A stretch of DNA of 50,818 nucleotides from Clostridiales bacterium (GTDB lineage: Bacteria; Bacteroidota; Bacteroidia; Bacteroidales; Muribaculaceae): contig JAMPBP010000007.1 of assembly GCA_023666645.1 (NCBI GenBank), forward strand, positions 1-50,818. The letters are read 5' to 3'. The translations under genes and the position numbers were made by a program. The notes beneath the pieces were generated by a model. The model saw nothing but the letters and a program-made list of their open reading frames with translations. It had not been told where the DNA came from and did not search any database. Position 1 is the first letter of the stretch. Each line of letters starts with the position of its first letter. Below are positions 40,644 to 50,151 of the stretch, piece after piece.

Positions 40644-41744
40644 TTATAAATTGCGGTTGCCACGAAGTTTCGTATTCTCATTTAAATTCTGTGATTTTAC
40701 CTCAACATTGACACCATCGCTCAGACCAAGTTCAACAGGAAGACGGTCATATGTGACTTTATCGTTTTCACTATCTTTCTGAACATAGATAAACGTGCTG
40801 TCGCCGGCAAATTCTATGACACTTTCAGGAATTGAAAGAACACTGTCAACTCGATTCAATATCACTGTAGCATTGGCACTATATCCGGCTCTCAGTTTGA
40901 GATTCCCGGTATCTCCTATTGCAGCCTTCAGTTCAAAAGTGTTGGCACCATTTTCCTCAGTGGCTATAGGTGCTATCTTCTCAATTTTAGCATCGAGCGA
41001 TTCCTCGGGGAGTGCACCTATCGAAATAGACATAGGCATTTGCTCAGCAAGGAGACCTACCTCGGTCTCATCGATTTTTCCTATAAACAGCAAGTCGTTC
41101 ATATCGGCGATTTTTGCAATGGTTGTGCCATCATTCATCGTGTTGGCCTGGATCACAGAGGTACCTACCTTGACAGGAACCTCAAGAACCAGTCCGGTTA
41201 TTGTGGACCTTACCAACGTGTTGCTCTGTTGGGCATTGGAATTTGAAACGCCATCCTTGACAATCGAAAGCTGGTCTTTGGCGGCATCAAGCTCCTGAAC
41301 AGCACGTTGCCATGCCGTCTTGTCCTGCTCATACTTTTCTCTACTTTCAAATTTCCGGTCAAACAATGCCTTCGTGCGCTCATAGGTGAGCCGTTTCTCC
41401 TCAAGATCAAGCTCAGCTACAGTAACACGGTTTTGGGCACTTGAGAGTGTTTGCTCATCAGGAATTACCTTGATGCGGGCAATAACGTCGCCTTCTCTCA
41501 CTTCGTCACCCGGTTCGACATTTATCTCGGCAATGATACCTGATATCTGGGGTTTGATTTCAATCTCATCACGTGGTTCAATTTTACCGGTAAGCACAGA
41601 TGTGCGTTGAATGGTGCGACGCTCGGGCGATACCGATTGATACGTGACCTCTTTTTCTCGGGAATTGTTGAAAAGGTAGACAAACGTACCTATGAAAATC
41701 AAGATGATGATAATCCACATCAGGATTTTAAAGAACTTTTTCAT
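40644..41744 (-). CDS. Efflux transporter periplasmic adaptor subunit (HlyD/MacA family)
   Basis: It has an N-terminal TM anchor, coiled-coil hairpin and beta-barrel domains. Length is 366 aa. Confidence 0.85.
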   Translation of the reverse strand: MKKFFKILMWIIIILIFIGTFVYLFNNSREKEVTYQSVSPERRTIQRTSVLTGKIEPRDEIEIKPQISGIIAEINVEPGDEVREGDVIARIKVIPDEQTLSSAQNRVTVAELDLEEKRLTYERTKALFDRKFESREKYEQDKTAWQRAVQELDAAKDQLSIVKDGVSNSNAQQSNTLVRSTITGLVLEVPVKVGTSVIQANTMNDGTTIAKIADMNDLLFIGKIDETEVGLLAEQMPMSISIGALPEESLDAKIEKIAPIATEENGANTFELKAAIGDTGNLKLRAGYSANATVILNRVDSVLSIPESVIEFAGDSTFIYVQKDSENDKVTYDRLPVELGLSDGVNVEVKSQNLNENTKLRGNRNL

Positions 41745-41806
41745 TGCTGTATAATATGTTATTTTGTTATATATTTCACTAAATCAGAAATTAGGGTGGG
41801 GTAGTA

Positions 41807-43057
41807 TTAATTGGAATCCCTCATTGCCTCGACAGGTTTTATTTTCATTGCCTTGGTCGCTGGAATGAGTCCGGCAAGAGTTCCCAATACAACAAATGTT
41901 GCCACTATAGACAATGCCTGCATAAATGTAAGCTGAAATCTGGGAGTAGAAATTTCATCGGTTGTTATAATCTGAGCCAAAGCAAGCACTATAACCGCAA
42001 AAACAATACCGACGAATCCCGATACAAATGTCAACATGACACCTTCCGAGAGTATCTGGGTAATGATGTCTGAAGGTTTGGCACCGATGGCGCGCCTTAC
42101 TCCAATTTCCTGCGTACGTTCCTTGACTATCACCCACATGATGTTTCCAACACCTATGATTCCGGCGAGCAAAGATCCTATACCAACAAAGAGAGCCAGC
42201 AACCCTATTCCTATAAAGAGATTGTCGACCATTGCAAACTGATCTGAAATGTCAAAAATAAAAAGTGCGTTATGGTCATCGGGGTGTATGGGGTGACTCC
42301 TGTACAAAACCTGTTCGATATTGTCGGTAAAATCACCCGGTTTATATCCATCCTTGAAAAGCATGACGGCCCCCTCGATTTTGTCTCCAAGATTAAAAGC
42401 GCGTCGCAAGGTTGAAGAAGGTATTATTATGCTTTCATCCGTACGTGCTCCAAGATTCACTTCACTCGTTTGTCCCGCTACTCCAATCACTTTATAGAAT
42501 ATACCGCCTACCGAGACATAGCTTCCAATGGGAGACCCGACGCCAAAGAGATCACCTGCAACCTTCTTTCCAAGCACACATACTTTACGCTCCTCACGGT
42601 CGTCAATATCATTTATATAACGTCCCTCATAAATAATAGGTAGGAAAATAAATCGATTTTCGGCCGATTCACCCTTCAGGGTCGTTGTTGTGGATTTTGT
42701 TCCATAAGCCGCTGTAATAGAGCCACGGTCAAGCATAGGAACTATATTTTTTATCTCCTTCACCGAAATCCTGATATTTTCAAGGTCGGTTTGTGTCATG
42801 GACCATAAACTGCCCTTGTTGAATCCCTTGTAGGAAATAGTGCGTCGCGAGGGTTGCATAAAAGCTGTATTCGTGGCAAAGCCCTCAAAATTGCGTCTTA
42901 TCATATCCTCCATGCCATGGGCGCCACCCCACAGCATTGCCAGCATAGCTGTTCCCCAGAATATTCCGAAGGCTGTCAGGAATGTACGAGTCTTGTTCTT
43001 AGCAAGTGTAGCACCTATCTCTCGCCAGTTTTCCAATTCAAAAATAGTAGTTTTCAT
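41807..43057 (-). CDS. ABC transporter permease (FtsX/MacB-like)
   Basis: Topology is N-terminal TM, large periplasmic domain, then C-terminal 3 TM with a conserved GxRRAIGA-like motif (VRRAIGAKPSD). Confidence 0.85.
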   Translation of the reverse strand: MKTTIFELENWREIGATLAKNKTRTFLTAFGIFWGTAMLAMLWGGAHGMEDMIRRNFEGFATNTAFMQPSRRTISYKGFNKGSLWSMTQTDLENIRISVKEIKNIVPMLDRGSITAAYGTKSTTTTLKGESAENRFIFLPIIYEGRYINDIDDREERKVCVLGKKVAGDLFGVGSPIGSYVSVGGIFYKVIGVAGQTSEVNLGARTDESIIIPSSTLRRAFNLGDKIEGAVMLFKDGYKPGDFTDNIEQVLYRSHPIHPDDHNALFIFDISDQFAMVDNLFIGIGLLALFVGIGSLLAGIIGVGNIMWVIVKERTQEIGVRRAIGAKPSDIITQILSEGVMLTFVSGFVGIVFAVIVLALAQIITTDEISTPRFQLTFMQALSIVATFVVLGTLAGLIPATKAMKIKPVEAMRDSN

Positions 43058-44274
43058 TCTGTTCTCAATGCTTCGACAGGTTTTACTTTCAATGCTTTCA
43101 GTGCAGGGAAAAGTCCGGCAAGACTTCCGGCTATAATCAGTACCACAGTAATCTGAAGGGCAATAGCAACTGTTACTGTAGGATTCTTCAGGAAATCACT
43201 ATCGGCAAATATATGATTCAGCAGTTCTGTGACACCTATTCCGGCAACGACTCCTATATAACCAAACAGGGCTGTTATAAACACACTCTCCATTATTATC
43301 TGCGATAGGATAGCCCTTGGCTTTGCTCCGATAGCACGACGTACACCTATCTCATGCGTACGTTCCTTGACCGATACAAACATAATATTGCTGACACCTA
43401 TGATTCCAGATAACATTGTAAAGATGCCTATAATCCATACAGCCATATTGAGGATATCAAGCCCATCTGTCATTTGCAAATGTTGTGTAAATCTGTTCCA
43501 CAACCATATTGCTGAACCATCATCCGGTGCGAAATCGTGTTGAATCGACATAGTTGATTTAATGTCATTTTCCACTTGTTCCCCTTGCTCAGCGGTTTTC
43601 ATACCATCCACCTCGACAAGCATGCTACTCACATTATTCTTAAAACCGTTGAGCATACGAGCTGTCGTAACCGGGACGAATACCTCCTGTCCCCACTCGG
43701 AGGTATAGATCCCCACTACTTGAAAAGAAAGACCTGCTATATTTACATATTCTCCTACAGCATCCTCGGCCGAGGAAAACAACTGGTTGATATTGCGCTT
43801 GGCCATGACGACCACTTTTCGCCCCTCTTTGATGTCGGCCTGATTGATAAATCGGCCATACACAATCTCGCGGCCTTGAGCTTTAAGGTACTCGGGAGTG
43901 ACACCTTGATAAAATGAAGTCATATAGTCACGCGGGGTTGAGATCGTAACCGAAGTACCATTGATTATAGGCATTACATTCTTTACATATGGTATAGAGT
44001 CGTCACTAAGTGCATCTACATCATCAAGATGCATTTCTATGTATCGGCCTTGCTTATAACCTTTGTAAGGACGGTCAGTAAAACCGCCCCACATCTGTAT
44101 ACTATTGGAAGCCTGAGCCATAAATCCGCTGTTAAACGAATTGTAGACACCTCTCGACATGCCAAGCAGAATGATGAGCATGAAAATACCCCAAGCTACC
44201 GACAGGCCCGTCAAAGCTGTGCGCAACTTATTGTTGCGCATAGTCTGAACAATTTCCCTTGCTAAATCAAACAT
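43054..44274 (-). CDS. ABC transporter permease (FtsX/MacB-like), second copy
   Basis: It has the same architecture (VRRAIGAKPRA) and overlaps the downstream gene by 4 bp. Confidence 0.85.
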   Translation of the reverse strand: MFDLAREIVQTMRNNKLRTALTGLSVAWGIFMLIILLGMSRGVYNSFNSGFMAQASNSIQMWGGFTDRPYKGYKQGRYIEMHLDDVDALSDDSIPYVKNVMPIINGTSVTISTPRDYMTSFYQGVTPEYLKAQGREIVYGRFINQADIKEGRKVVVMAKRNINQLFSSAEDAVGEYVNIAGLSFQVVGIYTSEWGQEVFVPVTTARMLNGFKNNVSSMLVEVDGMKTAEQGEQVENDIKSTMSIQHDFAPDDGSAIWLWNRFTQHLQMTDGLDILNMAVWIIGIFTMLSGIIGVSNIMFVSVKERTHEIGVRRAIGAKPRAILSQIIMESVFITALFGYIGVVAGIGVTELLNHIFADSDFLKNPTVTVAIALQITVVLIIAGSLAGLFPALKALKVKPVEALRTE

Positions 44275-44281
44275 GACAATA

Positions 44282-44944
44282 TCAACTTACTATACGTCCA
44301 TCAACGATACGTATTATACGATTGGTCTGCTCTCCTACCACCGGGTCATGCGTAACAATGACAATAGTCATCCCTTTATCGGTATTCAACTCCCGGAATA
44401 TCTGCATCACTTCATGCGAAGTGTGACTGTCAAGAGCACCCGTAGGTTCATCGGCAAGAATAACCGCAGGATTAGTTATAAGAGAACGAGCTATTGCCAC
44501 TCTCTGCTTTTGCCCGCCCGACAATTCGCCCGGTAAATGGTGTGCACGCTCGGCAAGCCCCATACGCTCGAGTTGTTCCATCGCAAGTATATTGCGTTTA
44601 CGACGCGAAACTCCCTGATAGAACAATGGTAACGCAACGTTTTCCAAAGCATTTTTATAACTTATGAGATTAAATGATTGGAACACAAAACCGATGAGAC
44701 GATTTCTAAGTTCAGCAGCTTTATTTTCATTGAGATTCTTTATCAAGGTTCCATTGAGATAGTAATCCCCAGTATCATAATTGTCAAGAATGCCAAGAAT
44801 GTTGAGCAAAGTTGATTTTCCGGAACCGGAAGCCCCCATAATTGAGACAAGTTCTCCACGCTCAATTGTAAGATTTATATCCTTGAGGACATGCAGCGGT
44901 ACAACTCCGGGATAGGTCTTATTTACATCAGTCAATTTAATCAT
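44282..44944 (-). CDS. ABC transporter ATP-binding protein (MacB/LolD-like ATPase)
   Basis: It has Walker [23 protein letters not shown] and Walker [12 protein letters not shown]. The start is taken at the ATG for MIKLTDVNK; the ORF track extends to 44992. Confidence 0.9.
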   Translation of the reverse strand: MIKLTDVNKTYPGVVPLHVLKDINLTIERGELVSIMGASGSGKSTLLNILGILDNYDTGDYYLNGTLIKNLNENKAAELRNRLIGFVFQSFNLISYKNALENVALPLFYQGVSRRKRNILAMEQLERMGLAERAHHLPGELSGGQKQRVAIARSLITNPAVILADEPTGALDSHTSHEVMQIFRELNTDKGMTIVIVTHDPVVGEQTNRIIRIVDGRIVS

Positions 44945-45164
44945 AATCGTGACGAATATTTTAATTCTATATCGATATGACGCTACATGCAATGATAAGT
45001 TGCCAAATAATCATAAATTTAAACAACTTTTAATACAAATTGACACTTAAAGTAAAAGCCTGTCACACGCCTGAAGCACGGATAACCATATTGCTCATGA
45101 ACAATTGAAGCTGAGATCCATGCTGAGACCTATGAAAAACATTGGTAAAAAAAGATCCAAAAAA

Positions 45165-45196
45165 TTTGCAAATCCGAACCTTTACTTTTAAATTTG
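45165..45196 (+). promoter_or_regulatory. Near-consensus Bacteroidetes sigma-A promoter with no protein gene downstream
   Basis: TTTG (45165-45168), a 20-nt spacer, then TAaaTTTG (45189-45196). Spacing and motifs match the -33/-7 consensus. Confidence 0.5.
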
Positions 45197-45204
45197 CGTT
45201 ATAA

Positions 45205-45531
45205 AAATACAAGGACGACATACGAGAGACAAGAGAGTCAATCAGTGGTGAAAGTCGTCAATAGATTTTAAATTGATAAAAATCTACCACATCAAAGTTG
45301 ATTGGGAAACTCTTCAAATCAATATGAAATGCCGAGACAAGCTTAGTCGTCTGATGGCGGGCCCCAATTTATCGATTTTATCGTTAAATGCTTTTATGCC
45401 AGGCGGATTACAAAGGATGGCGAGCACTCAAATCCTGTCTATTCGGAGTTTCATCGCATCCTTTGATGTGGTTACCTATACGATAGGGGTATATCAAGCT
45501 AACAGTTTGATATACCCCTATTATTTTTTTT
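45205..45531 (+). ncRNA. Candidate small RNA or short transcript of about 330 nt, bounded by the promoter at 45165-45196 and the terminator at 45484-45531
   Basis: It lies in a 617-bp gap with no convincing ORF. The only ORF (86 aa, TTG start) runs through the terminator hairpin. Confidence 0.3.
45484..45531 (+). terminator. Strong rho-independent terminator, plus strand only
   Basis: TAGGGGTATATCAA-gctaacagt-TTGATATACCCCTA is a 14-bp perfect stem, followed by TTATTTTTTTT. Confidence 0.65.
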
Positions 45532-45561
45532 AACATGGCCCATAATTAGAATTACGGAACA

Positions 45562-45948
45562 CTAATGTACAGAACTGTCAATGGGATCATTATACATCGA
45601 CATCAGCCTGTCAATGGCTGCACGGTCGGGCAACAGATGACCGTCATCGGAATAGGTGACCAGCGTCGACATAGGGTAAAAATCAGGATTCTGTTTCACC
45701 TGATAATCTGAACTTTCCTGCGACTCAAGCCCCTGTGCACCGGCTGCAGCTTCCAAGGCTTCATTGGCATAGGCGATTTCTTTAAACATATCGCTTTCAC
45801 TCATAAGGATTGCCTCATAAGTCTCGGGATAAACACACAATTGCATGTCTGGACCCAACACATCATAATCTTCTATATAGGCATTCACACAGCGATTAAT
45901 TGCCTTCCTCAAATCTTCTTTTGTCATAATATTTACCTCCTTTTTCAA
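45562..45948 (-). CDS. Hypothetical protein (acidic, about 120 aa)
   Basis: An ORF with no recognisable motif. Confidence 0.4.
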   Translation of the reverse strand: MKKEVNIMTKEDLRKAINRCVNAYIEDYDVLGPDMQLCVYPETYEAILMSESDMFKEIAYANEALEAAAGAQGLESQESSDYQVKQNPDFYPMSTLVTYSDDGHLLPDRAAIDRLMSMYNDPIDSSVH

Positions 45949-46053
45949 TCCTGAATTGATTAGACAGAAACGGTTTCGTTAGCTTTTTTCAATTAAACAG
46001 ACAGTTAAATCGTTTTGTTTATGAGCACATAGAAAACGACTGAGATTTGACCC

Positions 46054-46077
46054 TTAGAGCCCATTCGATAAGGAATG
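46054..46077. repeat. Truncated copy of palindromic element family 1 (TTAGAGCCCATTCGATAAGGAATG; right arm lost)
   Basis: It is identical to 4517-4540 up to the point of truncation. Confidence 0.5.
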
Positions 46078-46135
46078 TTAAAGCTGGGGCGGAAAGACAC
46101 ACACCCGGTTGACGATAAACAGTATTATCACAACA

Positions 46136-46178
46136 AAAGGAATGATTGCGGGATATTTACCATGGCAATCATTCCTTT
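46136..46178. repeat. Perfect 14-bp stem hairpin (AAAGGAATGATTGC-15 nt-GCAATCATTCCTTT)
   Basis: It lies downstream of the minus-strand ROK gene, next to the family-2 hairpin. Confidence 0.5.
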
Positions 46179-46187
46179 ATTAGATTT

Positions 46188-46245
46188 AGAGCCTGTCTCA
46201 TAAAATCACGTGGCCGAGGGGGCGTGATTTTATAAGACAGGCTCT
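46188..46245. repeat. Palindromic element family 2, full copy (AGAGCCTGTCTCATAAAATCACG-tggccgaggggg-CGTGATTTTATAAGACAGGCTCT)
   Basis: It has a 23-bp stem with one mismatch and sits immediately 3' of the ROK gene stop. Its left arm is shared with the partial copy at 31848-31865. Confidence 0.6.
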
Positions 46246-46257
46246 TATCTATATATC

Positions 46258-47373
46258 TCAAGCCTGAGTGGCCGACTGTTCATCGATTTTAGAGAGTGCA
46301 AAGGCATAAGCTCCAGCTGAAATGGCCTTGCTGGCTCCGAGTTTAGAAAATGTCACACCAATACGTTTCATATCATCGTATTCAACCGACAAATTTGTAC
46401 CACGCACGGTAAGGCTCTTTTTGTTTCCCTTGGCAAAAGCTGCAAATTCATTGGGGTCGTCAAGGTTGAAAACCTCCATCTGTACTCGGCGTACATTATC
46501 GCCTCCAATTGTTGTAAACGAACTGCGTAACTCTTTAATCAAGGAAGGCAAGATCAGATGTCGTGCTGCAGTTATTCCTCCACCTATAACGATTATTCCA
46601 TCGATAAGCTGCGCAGCTATAGCCATAGAATCACCGGCTATCTCTCCAAACTCAGCGAAAGCCTTTTTGGCTGCTTCAGCATTACCCTCACGCACCCCAT
46701 CGGCTATTTCGCAAATTTCCTTGGGCTCATAACTGTGGGCATAATCATCGGAGGTCTCGGCATACACTCGCTTAATGGCTCGAACGGCAACACCTTCTTC
46801 GGCTATAATACCTGTTTTTGTTTTGTGGGGTAGACAAAAGGTTTCAACGCAGGAATTGTCACCGCGGTTGAGTTGACCGTTAACTACCACTCCGATACCA
46901 AATCCTGTACCAAACGTATAGCCTAATAGATTTCGATAGCGCTTGCTGCTGCCAGCCTCGGCCAGGCGCTTGTTGACATCGGGTAATGCTCCACATAGTG
47001 CTTCGCCATAGGCAAACAAATCTCCATCATTATTGATGAACACAGGCAAACCAAATTCATTCTGCAAAAATGGTCCAAGGGCAACACCATTACGGAATGA
47101 CGGGAAATTGGGAAGATAACCTCCTATGATGCCATTTGGATAGTCAGCCGGACCGGGGAAAGCAAAGCTTATAGCCACAGGCTTTTCGTCGAGGGAATCT
47201 ATAACCTCCCGGAAACCTTTCACCATAGTGTCAAGACACAGGTCAAGGTCATGGGCATTTGATGGATATGTGATTGGCTTAGTAATATATTCGCAGCCTC
47301 GCATCGCACCAAAAACAAGATTTGTTCCTCCGGCATCAAGCGTAATTACAATTCGATTATCGTAGGTGTACAT
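46258..47373 (-). CDS. ROK family sugar kinase/regulator-like protein
   Basis: It has the N-terminus ITLDAGGTNLVFGA, a central glycine-rich ATPase fold (GYTFGTGFGIGVV), and the ROK Cys/His region (C..C..H). Confidence 0.8.
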   Translation of the reverse strand: MYTYDNRIVITLDAGGTNLVFGAMRGCEYITKPITYPSNAHDLDLCLDTMVKGFREVIDSLDEKPVAISFAFPGPADYPNGIIGGYLPNFPSFRNGVALGPFLQNEFGLPVFINNDGDLFAYGEALCGALPDVNKRLAEAGSSKRYRNLLGYTFGTGFGIGVVVNGQLNRGDNSCVETFCLPHKTKTGIIAEEGVAVRAIKRVYAETSDDYAHSYEPKEICEIADGVREGNAEAAKKAFAEFGEIAGDSMAIAAQLIDGIIVIGGGITAARHLILPSLIKELRSSFTTIGGDNVRRVQMEVFNLDDPNEFAAFAKGNKKSLTVRGTNLSVEYDDMKRIGVTFSKLGASKAISAGAYAFALSKIDEQSATQA

Positions 47374-47669
47374 GGGTTTATTTATTGTTTAATGTAATAA
47401 TTGATTTCTGTTGCTAAATTAATAATAAAATCCCAAACAACAAGCTGAAAAAATTGATAAATCCTCACATGTATGTATATTGTCATGTTTATATACACTT
47501 ATGTCAGTAATCATAACCAAGTAGAGCGGACAAAACAGATTACATGGGTAATATCAAAATCATCATCGTAGTCTATTCATACTACAATCCGTAATCTTAA
47601 ATTACGAATATACTAAGTAATGTAAAAAATTTTAAATGAAGTGTTGAAATATTTTATTACATTTGTCGT

Positions 47670-48329
47670 ATGAAAAAAATTAGTCTTATAATAGTTGCAT
47701 TCCTATCGACAATTACTTTATATGCCGATAGCAAACAAGATGAGAATTTCGATTTTTCACATAACCGATTTTCAGTAAGTGGACTCCTGACCTCGTCCGA
47801 TTCCTACCAAGTAGAAGCGGCCTATCATTATATGTTCAACCGGTATGTTGGGGTAGGAGGGGCCTTGGGTTACTGGGCTGTATGGTATGAAAATGGATGG
47901 GCTTCTGAAAAAGATTGGGAAATAGAAAGCGATGATAATAAGCCTTACAACGTTTATCTGCGGCCATCCTTAGTGCTTAAATCACCGGCAATAAAAATCA
48001 AGAGCACTAATGTTGGTCTCTTTGCCGAACCGGGAATTATGCTTAATGTCCCATATACAAGGGTATATATACGTCAATACACCCGATGGCCCGATTATGA
48101 CCTCAAACGCATTAGCACACCTGGAGGTCAATGGTTGGCAATGGACTTGCGGTTAGGAATCTATATCAATATGGGACAAATCGGCTTCAGTGCCGGGTAC
48201 ATGATGTCAGATTATGATGTATACAGCAATTTCAGACATCTGTCCTACAAAGGGAATTCATTCAGCAAATACTATCCTAAGAAGTCATTTATGCAAGGTG
48301 CCTACCTGACAATCTCCTATTATTTCTAA
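47670..48329 (+). CDS. Hypothetical outer-membrane beta-barrel protein
   Basis: It has a signal peptide, alternating aromatic/polar beta-strand composition, and a C-terminal ...LTISYYF with terminal Phe. A -7 element TAcaTTTG lies at 47651-47658. Confidence 0.5.
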   Translation: MKKISLIIVAFLSTITLYADSKQDENFDFSHNRFSVSGLLTSSDSYQVEAAYHYMFNRYVGVGGALGYWAVWYENGWASEKDWEIESDDNKPYNVYLRPSLVLKSPAIKIKSTNVGLFAEPGIMLNVPYTRVYIRQYTRWPDYDLKRISTPGGQWLAMDLRLGIYINMGQIGFSAGYMMSDYDVYSNFRHLSYKGNSFSKYYPKKSFMQGAYLTISYYF

Positions 48330-48471
48330 AAACGCCCCCTAAGCTATATCCGTCGTTATTACAGCTAACATACGGGTATTTCGCCAAGCTATTACCGCCA
48401 GTCAGCAACTGAAAAGCCGAGCCCAAACAGTTGCTGCCATTGCGAGTAATATTAAACCAAATTTTTTCATA

Positions 48472-48987
48472 TTATTTCCTAATGAGAAAATTTATGATTG
48501 CCCAGCCACCTAAAATCTGGAGAAGCATACCGGGTATACCTATACGGAAATCTTGAACAGCGAGATAGAAGTCACCGTTCATGATCCATTCTCCAAGTGT
48601 CCCGATGCCTTGATAGGAAAGCACGACAGCAACGAGCATCCAAATAGATGCTTTCTTGAAACGGCTTGCCGCAATTCCTGCAAACACAGCGAGGAGAACT
48701 GACTTCAGAAGTATCGCCGGGAGTGCATTCACCGCAGGCATACCAAAGAGCACGAAATTGATGAGAGGTGAGGCAAGGGCTGTGAGAAGTCCCACTTTCC
48801 AACCATATTTATATGCTCCGACAAGTGTAAACAGATAGATTGGCAACCATATCATTCCCCCTTGTGGGATAACGTGAACAACTTGAGGCAACAAGATATT
48901 GCCGATTATAAACAGAGCAGCGACCATATAGGTCTTGAAATTGCTGTAATTGAGGGAATACAGTTTGAGTGTAGATACGCCTTGCAT
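48472..48987 (-). CDS. Small integral membrane protein (5-6 TM; resembles an ECF-transporter S-component)
   Basis: It is 171 aa and hydrophobic throughout. It is the last gene of a three-gene unit. Confidence 0.5.
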   Translation of the reverse strand: MQGVSTLKLYSLNYSNFKTYMVAALFIIGNILLPQVVHVIPQGGMIWLPIYLFTLVGAYKYGWKVGLLTALASPLINFVLFGMPAVNALPAILLKSVLLAVFAGIAASRFKKASIWMLVAVVLSYQGIGTLGEWIMNGDFYLAVQDFRIGIPGMLLQILGGWAIINFLIRK

Positions 48988-48988
48988 A

Positions 48989-49405
48989 TTATTTCGTTAT
49001 GTTTGAATTTATGAATTGTGTTATCAACGGCAGACATTCCTCAGCAGTCGTGCATTCCATGCATATTGTCTCCACCGGGCAAATACCGTCACCTTTGCGG
49101 TTGATGATATTCGGGACAACCTCCTCATAGCTTACCATGACTGATGATTGTCTTAACAAACGCAATGCCGGTTCGCTGATGACATCGGCATGAACCGCAT
49201 GAATTTGGCCTAATATCATAATTGCCGCAGCACCTTTGCCTACCACCTTGTCTGCCACATCAGCCCCATCAAGAAAATCAGGATTTGCTTTGAGAAGATA
49301 GAAAAGGTCAGCGACGCCCCTTCCGTCAAAAGTGGAGACATCACCATTTGCAACCACCAAAGAATGGTTTCCTTCATGTAAAATATTAATCAGATATTCC
49401 ATCAC
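48989..49405 (-). CDS. DUF1893 (TM1506-like) family protein, tentative
   Basis: It is about 138 aa, with N-terminal LINILHEGNHSLVVANGDV, central KVVGKGAAAIM, and a C-terminal Cys cluster CPVETICMEC. Confidence 0.45.
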   Translation of the reverse strand: MMEYLINILHEGNHSLVVANGDVSTFDGRGVADLFYLLKANPDFLDGADVADKVVGKGAAAIMILGQIHAVHADVISEPALRLLRQSSVMVSYEEVVPNIINRKGDGICPVETICMECTTAEECLPLITQFINSNITK

Positions 49406-49587
49406 AGCTTACCTCCGAAAAGGATATCATCGTTAAGTTCAGCGAATTTAGGTGCGAATTCGCCAAGTTGAGTGCGTCCGGCTGTTTGGTTTGGATCAAC
49501 CTCGTCGGGGGTCAATCTTGTAGGGTTATCTGCTTTTGCCATAGTTGAACAACAAATTATAATTGCTGACAAAATTAATGATTTCAT
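49402..49587 (-). CDS. Small secreted peptide or lipoprotein (61 aa)
   Basis: It has the signal peptide MKSLILSAIIICCSTMAKA and overlaps the downstream gene by 4 bp. Confidence 0.35.
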   Translation of the reverse strand: MKSLILSAIIICCSTMAKADNPTRLTPDEVDPNQTAGRTQLGEFAPKFAELNDDILFGGKL

Positions 49588-49649
49588 TTTAGTTTTTCAA
49601 TTCAAGATAATACTAAACTACTAAACTACGGGGCTTGTTCATGATTGGT

Positions 49650-49877
49650 TCAGAATTCCTCTGTGTTGTTGCGCCACAATCCGTCAGTTCTTTTACTATC
49701 GTCTCTCCTTCGGAAGTAACGCGACGTATTTTGAATGCCTGGCAAACCGCAGCTTTCGTTGGTAAAGAACGGAGCAATACTCTTTGTATCTGATCCATAA
49801 TGTGTGTAGGCCATGCTTCGGGCTCTAATCATTCCTATCTGGCCTGAACCGGTCAATATAATGATTTCCTTATTCAT
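49650..49877 (-). pseudogene. Possible remnant of an NAD(P)-binding oxidoreductase gene (Rossmann N-terminus only)
   Basis: It starts MNKEIIILTGSGQIGM, a GxGxxG motif, and then degenerates into low-complexity sequence. Only 75 codons are open. Confidence 0.25.
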
Positions 49878-50151
49878 GCGACTTTAATTTTAACGACACA
49901 AAATTAACATATTAGAATACAACCTTATTAACCATAAATACTGAATTGATAACAAACTTTATGGAATTATTGCAACTTGTACCCGAATAATTTAGTAGGG
50001 TTATCGATACTTTCATAGACAGCACGGAGCTGACGGAGCCTGTATATACGATGGAGTCTGACGCAAAGTTAACTAAATTTTCTCAACCACAGCAGATTTA
50101 GGCAGATTCCTACTTCGATAACCTCGGACGCGACCTTGCAAACTGAAATTT

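Noticed and set aside
45273-45533. 86-aa ORF inside the long intergenic gap
   Set aside because: It starts with TTG, has no Met-initiated conserved-looking N-terminus, and its last 17 codons are the two arms of a perfect terminator hairpin plus U-tract. An sRNA is more likely than a protein.
48405-48470. 22-codon minus-strand ORF (MKKFGLILLAMAATVWARLFSC) overlapping a 9-bp-stem hairpin between OMP and membrane-protein genes
   Set aside because: It is too short and sits inside a hairpin (CAGCAACTG...CAGTTGCTG). There is no terminator-type U-run either, so it is left as an unexplained hairpin only.
49878-50151. Imperfect repeats GGAGCTGACGGAGCC / GGAGTCTGACGCAAAG in an intergenic region
   Set aside because: They are short and imperfect, and no tRNA or riboswitch fold could be recognised by eye. 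They are likely promoter or UTR sequence for the lipoprotein gene.
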